Virus record (IMG/VR): IMGVR_UViG_2932604667_000002
Span: 81,261 to 126,865 of that record
Strand: one strand, 5' to 3'
DNA from: a virus
Lineage: Duplodnaviria; Heunggongvirae; Uroviricota; Caudoviricetes
Length of the DNA: 45,605 nucleotides
Position numbers and translations under genes: made by a program. The notes under the pieces were generated by a model. It was not told the DNA's origin and ran no database searches. It saw nothing but the letters and a program-made list of their open reading frames with translations. Every line of letters starts with the position of its first letter. The stretch's first letter is position 1. Of the stretch, positions 25,598-34,152 are shown in pieces.

Positions 25598-27343
25598 TCA
25601 GACCAGCCGCCGACTGCTCGCGTCCGCCATGATCCGGTACGCCCGAGCCTGCAGCGCCGGATCCACCTCGACCATCCCAGCCGCCGACTTGCCGGTGGTG
25701 CCGCCCGGCTGCGCCGAGGGGGCCGTCGAGTCCACCAGCGTCTCCGGAGTGGGCTCCTGCTCGTTGTCCTCCGCCGCCGGAGACAGATCGAGCACGTAGC
25801 CGGACCGGCGCAGCACCGCCACGATCTCCTTCACCGCGGCGACGAGCCGCTTCTCGTTGGCCCCGGACAAGACGCGCCCCGCCTTGTGCTCACCGGCCAG
25901 CAGCGCCTTCAGGCCAGACGTCACGTCCTCGAGCATCCCCGGGTACGGCAGTAGCATCTCGCCGGACTCGCTGGCGCCATCCACGCTGACGGTCAGGTTC
26001 ACCGGCACCAGCTCGTCCACGCGGACCGCGCCCTCGCCGGTCTGCGGGTCCAGGTCGACGACGTACGGCACCTCATACGACTTGGCCCGCGGCTGCCCGT
26101 CCTCAGACGTCCAGGCCGTGATGACCGCCCGGTCCGGCCAGGTGCCCACGACCTCGACGAGGGCCTCGCCGCCGAGCCTCGCCGCCGCGGCGTCCCGTAC
26201 GTGCTCCTTGAGTTCTTCGAAGGTTCCGGGCAGGTGGGGGAAGCTCGTCGACTCCACCGTCTCCTGGGCGGCGTTGTCCTTCCGGCCACCATGCGCGTTC
26301 GGCCCAGGCCACTGGCCCGTCGCGGCATGGTGGAGGTTGGCGCAGAAGCCCTTGGCGCGCTCCGGCGGCATGTGCTTGCCGGCGATCCGGACGCACCTCT
26401 CCCAGTCCCCAGGGGTGTTCCATCGGATCTTCGCCGCGCCCTCGCCGGTCAGATACCAGCGCTTGAGCCGGGCCACCGAGCGCTCATCCTCGGGCGTGTC
26501 GGCCACGCCCGGGACGCCGGACTTGTCCGCCAGGTCGTCCTCGCCAGCGCCCTGGTCCTCGGGGGCGTGGCGCAGCCCCTCCTCCAGTTCCGCGGGGTCG
26601 AGGTCGTCGATGGCGGCGGAGTGCAGGGCGCTCTCCTCGCTGTCCTCCTCGCCGTCCTCCTGGGCGGCGCCCTGGTCGGCCTCGTCCCCGGCGTCCTGCT
26701 CTGGCTCCTGGTCGCCGTCCTGCGGCTCGGGCGCGTCAGCCTCCCCGCCGATCGGCTCGTACTCCTCCTCGTCGCCGTCGACCTCCCGACCGCCGAGCGC
26801 GGACTTCACCGCCAAGGTGCCCGACATCGAATTGGCTCCGAACAGGACGGGAGAGTATTCGAACAGGTCGATGCCCTTGATCCTGCGGATGCCGTCCTTC
26901 CCACGGACGCTCTTGCCCTTGGGAACGCGGAAGCCGATGCTCCATTCACATTCCGCGACCTCGGAGAAGAACTTCACGTCGTGGTAGGCGTTGCGCCCGA
27001 CGTCGGTGGCGAGGTTGTACCTGGTCTTGACGTACAGCGCGCCGGCGCCCTGCGGCCACGGCTTGCCGTCCCGAGTCTTGGCCGGCAGCCGAGGGTCCCC
27101 AGGCAGCCACTCCTCGATGGCCTCGGTACGGCTGGCCCACTTCGCCCAGTCATGCCCGAAGATGCCCTTGGGCTTGCGCCGCTTCAGGGTCTCGGCGTAC
27201 ACCCCTGGCTCCAGGATGTCGCCGTCGTCATCCACGACGCCGGTGACGGACACGATCGCCTCGACCACGCCGGTCTCGTCATCGGCGGTGAGCAGCTCCG
27301 CCTCGGTGCTGCTGGTCGTGGTGGCCTTGAACTCCAGGCGCAC
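25598..27343 (-). CDS. Prohead (capsid maturation) protease with long C-terminal extension
   Basis: VVDDDGDILEPG, GIFGHDW, EWSIGF, LFEYSPVLFGAN motifs; acidic linker; extra domains. Confidence 0.9.
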   Translation of the reverse strand: MRLEFKATTTSSTEAELLTADDETGVVEAIVSVTGVVDDDGDILEPGVYAETLKRRKPKGIFGHDWAKWASRTEAIEEWLPGDPRLPAKTRDGKPWPQGAGALYVKTRYNLATDVGRNAYHDVKFFSEVAECEWSIGFRVPKGKSVRGKDGIRRIKGIDLFEYSPVLFGANSMSGTLAVKSALGGREVDGDEEEYEPIGGEADAPEPQDGDQEPEQDAGDEADQGAAQEDGEEDSEESALHSAAIDDLDPAELEEGLRHAPEDQGAGEDDLADKSGVPGVADTPEDERSVARLKRWYLTGEGAAKIRWNTPGDWERCVRIAGKHMPPERAKGFCANLHHAATGQWPGPNAHGGRKDNAAQETVESTSFPHLPGTFEELKEHVRDAAAARLGGEALVEVVGTWPDRAVITAWTSEDGQPRAKSYEVPYVVDLDPQTGEGAVRVDELVPVNLTVSVDGASESGEMLLPYPGMLEDVTSGLKALLAGEHKAGRVLSGANEKRLVAAVKEIVAVLRRSGYVLDLSPAAEDNEQEPTPETLVDSTAPSAQPGGTTGKSAAGMVEVDPALQARAYRIMADASSRRLV

Positions 27344-27395
27344 GAGCCCTCCCTCGCAACGTTCGCGGGGGTGGGCGCGCGTGCTGTCGGCCGCA

Positions 27396-27424
27396 ACGCT
27401 AGGCAGCGCTGGTCGTTTAGGTCG
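27396..27424 (-). promoter_or_regulatory. Late promoter L11 (CGACCTAA-N15-TAGCGT)
   Basis: Motif match; GCCCACCCCC in leader. Confidence 0.75.
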
Positions 27425-27501
27425 CGTCCTGCCCGAGGCATGAGTCGGCCCCGCCCTGCAGAGCAGGACGGGGCCGAGGTGTCAGGCCGCGACGGGGAGC
27501 C

Positions 27502-28098
27502 TCAGAACGGGTCGTCTACGTCACCAGGTGCCATCGGAGGCCAGTACGGTGACCGCCGCAGCATCTCGGCGATCCGACGCAACTGATCGGTGTACTCCTT
27601 CTCGGGCAGCGCGATGGCGTGCAGGCTGGGCGACACCGTCCCGTCAAAGCCGACCGGCACCGCGGCCAGCAGACCCTGGTCGTCCAGCCAGTAGAGGAGG
27701 CTGCGGCAGATGACGAACGGCCCGAGAACCGGCGGGCGACCGGTCCTGACGAGCCGCATCAAAAAGCTCTTGATGACTAGCAGGTCCTCGAAGGGCTCCG
27801 GGTCGCCGTCACGGCAGGCCCTGGACGCGGCGGTGTCAGGCTGCCAGTCGCTGCTGAGCGGGCAGCAGACCAGGCTGTTGCCCTCTAGCCAGAACAGATG
27901 CTCAAGACCGGCGACCACCGGCCGGTCACGGTCTGCCTCCATGGTCTGATTGATGACGACTCGGTAGGTCGACCCGTCGGACAGGACCAGGCGGAGTCCA
28001 CCCGGGCCGACCCGATCCACGGCCGCGAGCTCGGCGATGCCGACTTCCCGACCGGCGACCGCCTCGCCGACCAGCGACGTGATGTGCTCGAGGTTCAC
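27502..28098 (-). CDS. Hypothetical protein (E3 cassette)
   Basis: GTGA coupling with upstream gene, AAGGAGGG RBS. Confidence 0.72.
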   Translation of the reverse strand: MNLEHITSLVGEAVAGREVGIAELAAVDRVGPGGLRLVLSDGSTYRVVINQTMEADRDRPVVAGLEHLFWLEGNSLVCCPLSSDWQPDTAASRACRDGDPEPFEDLLVIKSFLMRLVRTGRPPVLGPFVICRSLLYWLDDQGLLAAVPVGFDGTVSPSLHAIALPEKEYTDQLRRIAEMLRRSPYWPPMAPGDVDDPF

Positions 28099-28550
28099 CG
28101 GCCCTCCTTCGCGGCCGCGCGTTCGGCGGCAGCGTCGGGGAGGACCTCGCCCGCCACCGTTGTCGGAGCCTTGAAGAAGTCACGCATGAAGATGGCGACG
28201 TCGTGGGCTGCTTCGTCGGCGCGCTCCCAGTCGGGGGCGTCGGAGTTCGCCGCGGCGACGCGCAGCCGCTCCGCCGTCTTGACCAGCTCGCGCAGCTCGT
28301 CCAGCGGGTTGGGCGGGATCTCGGTCTCCGCGACCCGGTCCCACACCCGGCCGACCGCGGCCTCCACCGGGATGTCGTCGGACAGGATCGAGGTGTCGTG
28401 GAACTCCTCCTCCTGCTCCAGGTGGCCGGACACGACTTCGGTGACGGTGGTGTCCAGCGAGAGTTCGATGTGAAGCCTCGCCACGACTTTGACGTGGTCG
28501 TCGTCCAGCGGACGGGCGACGACGGATTGATAGATGCGGGAACCCTGCAT
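28095..28550 (-). CDS. Hypothetical protein (E3 cassette)
   Basis: AAAGGA + ATG 28550. Confidence 0.75.
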   Translation of the reverse strand: MQGSRIYQSVVARPLDDDHVKVVARLHIELSLDTTVTEVVSGHLEQEEEFHDTSILSDDIPVEAAVGRVWDRVAETEIPPNPLDELRELVKTAERLRVAAANSDAPDWERADEAAHDVAIFMRDFFKAPTTVAGEVLPDAAAERAAAKEGR

Positions 28551-28578
28551 ACGTGGTCCTTTCTCCTGGTCAAAGGCA

Positions 28579-28633
28579 TTGGGTCGCTCTCCCAACACAC
28601 TCTGAATGTACCGATATCTAAGTGGTGTGGCAA
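28579..28633 (-). promoter_or_regulatory. Repeated early cassette E3
   Basis: TTGCCA-17-TACATT, GTGTTGGGAGAGCGACCC leader; palindrome variant TATCGGTA. Confidence 0.82.
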
Positions 28634-28677
28634 CGGGGCGCCCCGGCGGCCAAGGGGATACCGCCGGAACGCCCCGT
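28633..28677 (-). terminator. Hairpin/terminator between Ig-like gene and E3
   Basis: ACGGGGCG/CGCCCCGT plus CCGGCGG/CCGCCGG stems. Confidence 0.55.
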
Positions 28678-28682
28678 CAGGG

Positions 28683-29150
28683 TCAGGCGTAGGTGAACGC
28701 GCCCGTCAGGGTCGACGTGCCGCCGCTCGTGGTCACCACCACGTCCACCGCCCCGGCGGCGTGCGCCGGCACCGTGGCCTTGATGGTGGCCTGGTCCACA
28801 ACGGTGACCGCCGTGGCCGCGTTCCCGCCCACGGTCACCTTCGCGTCCAAGGTGAACCCGGAGCCCTTGATGGTGACGACGGTCCCGCCGGCCGCCGGGC
28901 CGGTCGCCGGAGATACCGACTCGGCCGCCGGAGCGGCGAACTCGCGGTCCCACCACGACTGGCGGATGAGCTGCCCCGGCCGGAACCGGAGCTGCCGCAT
29001 CTGCGTCGGATACAGGACGTTGTCGTACGGGGTGAGGTCGTACACCGGGATGAGCACCCGCACCCACGGGTCCGTCTCGGTTACCGGCTGCAGGACCGTC
29101 GAACCCGGGACCTTCGGGACCACCGAACCGTCTTCCTTGACCAGGGACAT
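28683..29150 (-). CDS. IPT/TIG (Ig-like) domain protein, possible capsid decoration
   Basis: VSPATGPAAGGTVVTIKGSGF...VTVGG...VPAHAAGAVDVVVTT...AFTY. Confidence 0.85.
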   Translation of the reverse strand: MSLVKEDGSVVPKVPGSTVLQPVTETDPWVRVLIPVYDLTPYDNVLYPTQMRQLRFRPGQLIRQSWWDREFAAPAAESVSPATGPAAGGTVVTIKGSGFTLDAKVTVGGNAATAVTVVDQATIKATVPAHAAGAVDVVVTTSGGTSTLTGAFTYA

Positions 29151-29184
29151 GCCTACCTCCCAAGCACGGGGGTGGCAGGCCCAG

Positions 29185-29213
29185 ATCGTGGCAGGCGTCG
29201 GCCTCTAACGTCG
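29185..29213 (-). promoter_or_regulatory. Late promoter L12 (CGACGTTA-N15-CACGAT)
   Basis: Motif match; GCCACCCCC leader. Confidence 0.68.
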
Positions 29214-29229
29214 CCGCCTGCCAGAGCCG

Positions 29230-31572
29230 TCACGCGGCGGCCGCCGCCTCGCGGTCGGCCCGGGTGAACCGGGTGACCATCCCCTCCGGCGGCGCCACGA
29301 ACCGGCCGCTGACCCTGCACCGGTGGGCAGCCCAGCAGCGGCAGTTGTAGACCTCCCCGGGCGGACCTGCGGGGTCGCCCGGGTAGCGCAGCAGGGCGGT
29401 GCCGACGTGGAAGAACTCGCCGACCGGCTGGGACTGCCCATCCGCTGCCCGGTGGGTCAGCCGCACCTGCTCGTCCCGCCGGGATCGCCACTCCTTGTCG
29501 ACGACCAGCCCGGTCGCCGCGAGGGCCTGGGCGGCGACGTCACGAGCGCCCCCGATGACGGCGGTTGCCGCCTGGACGGCCAGACGATCCGCCCACCCGG
29601 GCAGGGCGCCCTTCTGGTCGCGCACCGCCTGGACGATGTCGTCGATCGACGCGCCCGCCTGGTCGGCGGTGACGACCAGGCGGCGCAGCCGCTCGGCCTG
29701 CTCTGCGGCGGCGGAGCCCACCATGCCGACGACCCCCGCGACGACCGGCCCCAGGACCAGGGGCACATCGACACCTGGCGCCAGGTCCTCCACCAGCCCG
29801 GCGGCGGCGACGGCCGCGGCCGCCTGGATGACCGGATGAGCGGCCTGCTCCGCCTCCTCCTGCCACCGGCCGGCGTCCACCACCGTCCCGGCGTCCAGTG
29901 CCTTGGTGCCGACCCGCGTGTCCACCGGGTACTCGGCGACCCAGTGGCGGGTGCCCTTGCGGGCCTTCGGCGAGGCGAGCCTGCTCGCGGTCCGCTCGAT
30001 GAGCCGCACCGCGGTCGCGGTGAGCACCGCGGCGAGCGTCGCCTCGACCTTGTCCCGATGCTGAAGGTCCGGCTGCGACTCCCGGTCGCCGGCCTGCTTG
30101 GTTTCCGTCGGGCGGACCAGTCGCAGCACCGGCCGTGCCGTACCTGCCCTGGCGGGGTGGTCCTTGCGCGCGGGTGGCTGCGGCGGCGTGGCGGGCTGAT
30201 CTGGTTCGGCGGGCTGATCCGGCGGCGAGCCCGCGCCCTGGGCGTCCTCCTGGCCGGGCGGCTGGTCGCCGGGCTGCGCCATGTTGTCCTGCAGCGCCGG
30301 CGGGACCTTCGCCGCTGCTTCCTCATCCAGCGTCTTCTGGTCGGCCTCAGACGTGGCGACGAGCGTCTTGCCGGACGGCAGCCACAGCGCCCGGGTCCTC
30401 GGCATGTCGATCGGGTCCCGGCCGGCGACTTCCCGGTACTCGTCGATCGTGATCAAACCCATGTCGTACTCGGAGCGGGCCTCCTCCCGGCGGGCCTTCT
30501 CCGCGCGCTGCAACACCTCGACGCCGCTGACGTCGAACCCAGGGAGGAGGTCGTCGGAGGAGTCGTCGTCGAACCCCGTCGCCAACAGGTCGAGCATCAC
30601 CGGCATGGTGATCGTCCAGAAGGCGTACAACTCGGCGTCCGCGTTGCTGTACGTCCGCTCGGCCGCGTACCCGATCACCGACTCTGGCACCCCGAACGCC
30701 GTCAGGATCTCTGTCTTCGCGGTCTGGGACGTCGTCTCGTACGCCATGTCCCGGGGCCGGGTGGCGAGGTCGACATAGGAGACGTCACCGGCGATGACGG
30801 TCATCTTCCCGGCCTCGGCGGCCCCCTTGCCAAACTTGGACTCGATGCGGTCCATGTCGTCCGGGTCCATCTCACCATTGATCGCGAGCACGCCGCCCGG
30901 TCGCGCGTCGTTCTTCAGGAACGCGACGTTGTACAGGCGGGAGAAGAAGTCGAGCTCGACGCTGAGCCCCGCCGCTTCCAGTGGCGTCACTCCGGAGAAT
31001 GGATCAACGGGGTGCGGCTCCCGGAACCAGCGGACGTTCTCCACGGGGATCGGCTGGCGGGACCCGTCGGCGCGGATCACCTCGTAGTGGGAGATCAGGT
31101 CCTGGCCCGTGCCCGGCACCGGGAAGGTCCGGCCGGGCGGCAGCAGGTCCATCCGGACCACGTCACCGCCGCGTGACCGGGTGACCTCGACGAACGCGCC
31201 GCGCTTGGACAGCAACACCTGGGCGGCCAGTCGCTTCCTGAACTGGCGGCCCGTTTCGATGGGGTTGGCCTGCTTGTTCAAGATGCGGTAGAGCGGATGG
31301 TCCTCGACGACGTCCTCGCCGTCCTTCATCACGAACGGCAGCCGGGCGGCGTTCCCCGCGATGGCCTCGACCGCCTTGTAGACATAGACCAGCCGTTCGT
31401 ACGCTTCCGCCACGGCCCGCTCGACGGGCCACGGCCGCGGCCGGTAGGTGGAGCTGAGACCAGCCGCGGCCAACCCCGCCGCATACTCCGCGAACACGAT
31501 CTTGTGTTCGTCGGCGCGCTGCAGCCGAGACCTGCCGGGGAGGACCCGGCGCACCAGTTCGCGAACCTCCAC
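29230..31572 (-). CDS. Portal protein fused to MuF-like minor head domain
   Basis: HK97-portal motifs (FLKNDARPGGVL, ILTAFGVP, ITIDEYRE); C-terminal KEWRSRRDEQVRLTH..DGQ...YPGDP...YNCRC. Confidence 0.92.
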   Translation of the reverse strand: MEVRELVRRVLPGRSRLQRADEHKIVFAEYAAGLAAAGLSSTYRPRPWPVERAVAEAYERLVYVYKAVEAIAGNAARLPFVMKDGEDVVEDHPLYRILNKQANPIETGRQFRKRLAAQVLLSKRGAFVEVTRSRGGDVVRMDLLPPGRTFPVPGTGQDLISHYEVIRADGSRQPIPVENVRWFREPHPVDPFSGVTPLEAAGLSVELDFFSRLYNVAFLKNDARPGGVLAINGEMDPDDMDRIESKFGKGAAEAGKMTVIAGDVSYVDLATRPRDMAYETTSQTAKTEILTAFGVPESVIGYAAERTYSNADAELYAFWTITMPVMLDLLATGFDDDSSDDLLPGFDVSGVEVLQRAEKARREEARSEYDMGLITIDEYREVAGRDPIDMPRTRALWLPSGKTLVATSEADQKTLDEEAAAKVPPALQDNMAQPGDQPPGQEDAQGAGSPPDQPAEPDQPATPPQPPARKDHPARAGTARPVLRLVRPTETKQAGDRESQPDLQHRDKVEATLAAVLTATAVRLIERTASRLASPKARKGTRHWVAEYPVDTRVGTKALDAGTVVDAGRWQEEAEQAAHPVIQAAAAVAAAGLVEDLAPGVDVPLVLGPVVAGVVGMVGSAAAEQAERLRRLVVTADQAGASIDDIVQAVRDQKGALPGWADRLAVQAATAVIGGARDVAAQALAATGLVVDKEWRSRRDEQVRLTHRAADGQSQPVGEFFHVGTALLRYPGDPAGPPGEVYNCRCWAAHRCRVSGRFVAPPEGMVTRFTRADREAAAAA

Positions 31573-31605
31573 CGTCCCCCTCCGCCTGTCGCCCCCGTGC
31601 GGCAG

Positions 31606-31634
31606 ACCGTAGGCGGGGTGGTGTGCTTACGTCG
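31606..31634 (-). promoter_or_regulatory. Late promoter L13 (CGACGTAA-N15-TACGGT)
   Basis: Motif match upstream of portal. Confidence 0.72.
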
Positions 31635-31645
31635 CGGGCTTGATC

Positions 31646-32119
31646 TCAGCTCGCAATGGCCAACTGCGGAGGATCGTCATCCCCGCCGGCCTCTGCGACC
31701 GCCGTTCCCGGGACAGCGGGCTGGGCGTGCTTCCTCTTCTTGCGGATCCCGATCGGGCCGCCCCTCAGATAGCTGTTGTCCGCGGCCGCGGCGCACGGCT
31801 CGTCCTTGACGTCATCCCACGGGCGGCGGCACTGCTCGCAGTAGGACTCCAGGATCTCGACACGCTCGCCCTTCTCCAGGCGCACCGCGTGCCGGAGATA
31901 GGCGCGGGCGGCCTGACGGGACGAGAGCCGGATGATGGCCGCACCGAGCCATACGTGATCTTCGCTAAAGTCCAGCGTCGGCAAAGGACCCTCCAGGGCT
32001 GCTTGTCGCCGGAGCTCGGGACATCGTCCCGCGTTCCTGGTGGCGTGTGGGTCAGCGTCCGTCGCCCTGGACGTCTGGGGATACGCCCCCCGGGGTGAGG
32101 CAGGCTGTGGAACAGCCAC
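31646..32119 (-). CDS. Hypothetical Cys-containing protein between terminase and portal
   Basis: CEQC..C motif; start uncertain. Confidence 0.6.
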   Translation of the reverse strand: MAVPQPASPRGAYPQTSRATDADPHATRNAGRCPELRRQAALEGPLPTLDFSEDHVWLGAAIIRLSSRQAARAYLRHAVRLEKGERVEILESYCEQCRRPWDDVKDEPCAAAADNSYLRGGPIGIRKKRKHAQPAVPGTAVAEAGGDDDPPQLAIAS

Positions 32120-32146
32120 GACCCATGGTAGCCACGTTTCCGCTGG

Positions 32147-33799
32147 TCAGGGGTTGACGAGCCGGGCTTTCTTCCTCTTGGGCTTCTTCGGCGCCTCCTC
32201 GTAGATGGCGAGGAGCGCAGCCTCAGCGCGGTCGGGACTGTGCAGGCCCCGCTCCCGCAGCGACTTCTTCGACTCGATCACGGTGTAACCGGACATCGTC
32301 GTGGACCGCTTCGGCGCCCGAAGCTGCGCGAGCGTCTTGTGATCCACACGCAGCCGGATCCGGCCACTCTCATGCCCCGGGCCGGGCTGCAGCAGACTCC
32401 TCAACGCCAGCCACATCTCGTCACGTTTGCGGTACGGACGCATCGTCGCCGACTCCGGCTCCCGGCCGGTGTCCTCCGACACCACGACCGGCACGATCTC
32501 GGCGTCGTGGATCCCTTCCGACGCCCACGCCTGCAGGACGCCGGCGACGCCCCAGCCCACGCCGATGCCGTCCACCTTCACGCGGATCTTCGCTTCGGTG
32601 CCCAACACCCGCCGGAGCTCCTCAGCCCGCCGGATATGTTCGAGCACCACCCCCGCCACCGTGATCGCGTTGTCGTTGTCCGCGCCGGCCGAGCGGTGCT
32701 CGATCGTCAGCAGGTCCCCGACCGCCCGCGCAACCACGAACTCGTCGCCACCATCCGCAGCGACGTCCACACCGAGGCGGATCCACGCCCCGGGCCGCAC
32801 CCGCCAGCGTTCCCGCTCCTCGGGCAGCCCCAGGTCGGCCAGAGCCGTCCACTCCTCGTCGTCTGGCTCCTCCGATTCGAACGCGGCGTCCACCCACGAC
32901 GACGGAATCGCCCGCGACGGGCCGCCCCTCGGGAACCGCGCGTGGACCTTGGCCACGCAGTAATTGGAGTCGCCGCCGTGCTCGGAGACGATCTCCTCCA
33001 CCCACGACGGCTTCACCAGGTGCTTCGTGACGCGATGGTTGGGCACCTGGCAGGTCCGGCAGATCGGCGCGTCCTCGCCCGACAGCGCCGGCGTGTCATA
33101 GGCGGAGATCGGGATGACCTTCACGCCGTCCTGCTCGCACAGCCCCTCGAACCAGGACGCCTCCTCGTCGCTGGGCGGGTTCCCAATCGCGAGCATGTGG
33201 GAGCCCTCGGTGGACACCATGCCGGACAGGTTCCGGCCGATCACGTGGCTGATACCGCCGGCCTCGTCCACGATCAGAAGCAGCCGCGGCGCGTGGATGC
33301 CCTGGACACTGGCCTCGTTCCAGGGCGCGGCGGACAACCCGTAGGCGACCACGACGTCCATCCCGGACGCCGTCTGAACCTTGAGCTGGGCCATGTCGAC
33401 GACCCCGGGCAGCTTGGCGCGGGCGTGCGCGAACCGCACCTCCGACCAGAGCAGCCGCACCACCTGGCGCCACGTCGGCGCCAGGGTGATGACCTTGACC
33501 GTGCCCGGAGGATGCACCATCGACATCCACAGAGCCGCCCGGCTCGCTGACCACGTCTTGCCCGAGGCGTAGCAGGACGGCACGGCCACCTTGTTGACGT
33601 GCGGCAGCGCCGCCAGGATCTCCCGCGGCTTCGACCACGTGTTCTCACCGAGGACATCCGTCACGAACCCAACGGGATCATCGACCCAGAGCGCGTACGG
33701 CGTGCCGCCCTCCCGCGCGGCCACCGTGAGCACCTGCGCCAGGTCGGCCTGCGTCAGCCCCTGCAGGAACCCGCGCCGGACCTCGGGCGCGAGCGCCAC
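32147..33799 (-). CDS. terL: Terminase large subunit
   Basis: Walker A-like SCYASGKT, Walker B LLIVDEAGG, GNP, RNaseH-like LGVDVAADGGD, SPDRAEA; true start may be CTG 33877. Confidence 0.92.
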   Translation of the reverse strand: MALAPEVRRGFLQGLTQADLAQVLTVAAREGGTPYALWVDDPVGFVTDVLGENTWSKPREILAALPHVNKVAVPSCYASGKTWSASRAALWMSMVHPPGTVKVITLAPTWRQVVRLLWSEVRFAHARAKLPGVVDMAQLKVQTASGMDVVVAYGLSAAPWNEASVQGIHAPRLLLIVDEAGGISHVIGRNLSGMVSTEGSHMLAIGNPPSDEEASWFEGLCEQDGVKVIPISAYDTPALSGEDAPICRTCQVPNHRVTKHLVKPSWVEEIVSEHGGDSNYCVAKVHARFPRGGPSRAIPSSWVDAAFESEEPDDEEWTALADLGLPEERERWRVRPGAWIRLGVDVAADGGDEFVVARAVGDLLTIEHRSAGADNDNAITVAGVVLEHIRRAEELRRVLGTEAKIRVKVDGIGVGWGVAGVLQAWASEGIHDAEIVPVVVSEDTGREPESATMRPYRKRDEMWLALRSLLQPGPGHESGRIRLRVDHKTLAQLRAPKRSTTMSGYTVIESKKSLRERGLHSPDRAEAALLAIYEEAPKKPKRKKARLVNP

Positions 33800-33873
33800 C
33801 AGGTCATCGAACAGCCGAGTCGCCTCACCAGAGCGGCCCCTGGCCAGCGCCTGGGCAGCATCGGCTACCCGGG

Positions 33874-34125
33874 TCAGCGTGACTCCAGCAGCTCCGCGGC
33901 GACGGCCGGATAGCAGACGGGACAGCGACCGACACCGGCGTCGGCCATCGTCAGATCACCCGTCAGGCCGCATGCGGTTCCCCCGCCCGGGGACCGGCGA
34001 TGCCCGAACACACCACCATCCACCTGCCAGCGCAGCGCCGGATGCATGACAGCCTGCGCCGCCTGCGCGCGCCAGCGCCGCCGGCGCGCGTCGCGGGCCT
34101 GGTCCAGCGATACGACGTCCCCCAT
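33874..34125 (-). CDS. Small Zn-binding hypothetical protein
   Basis: GHRR..G.TACG...RCPVC; GGAGGGGG RBS. Confidence 0.65.
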   Translation of the reverse strand: MGDVVSLDQARDARRRRWRAQAAQAVMHPALRWQVDGGVFGHRRSPGGGTACGLTGDLTMADAGVGRCPVCYPAVAAELLESR

Positions 34126-34152
34126 GAGGGGGAGCGTGACCGGCGCGGGCGC

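Noticed and set aside
23700-31176. Long plus-strand ORFs 23700-25454, 25857-26987, 26201-27586, 29323-31176
   Set aside because: Shadows of capsid, protease and portal genes; no RBS or recognisable motifs
32125-32153. Late promoter for 31646-32119
   Set aside because: TACCAT -10 is well placed for a leaderless GTG, but the upstream 8-mer does not match CGAC, so it is not counted
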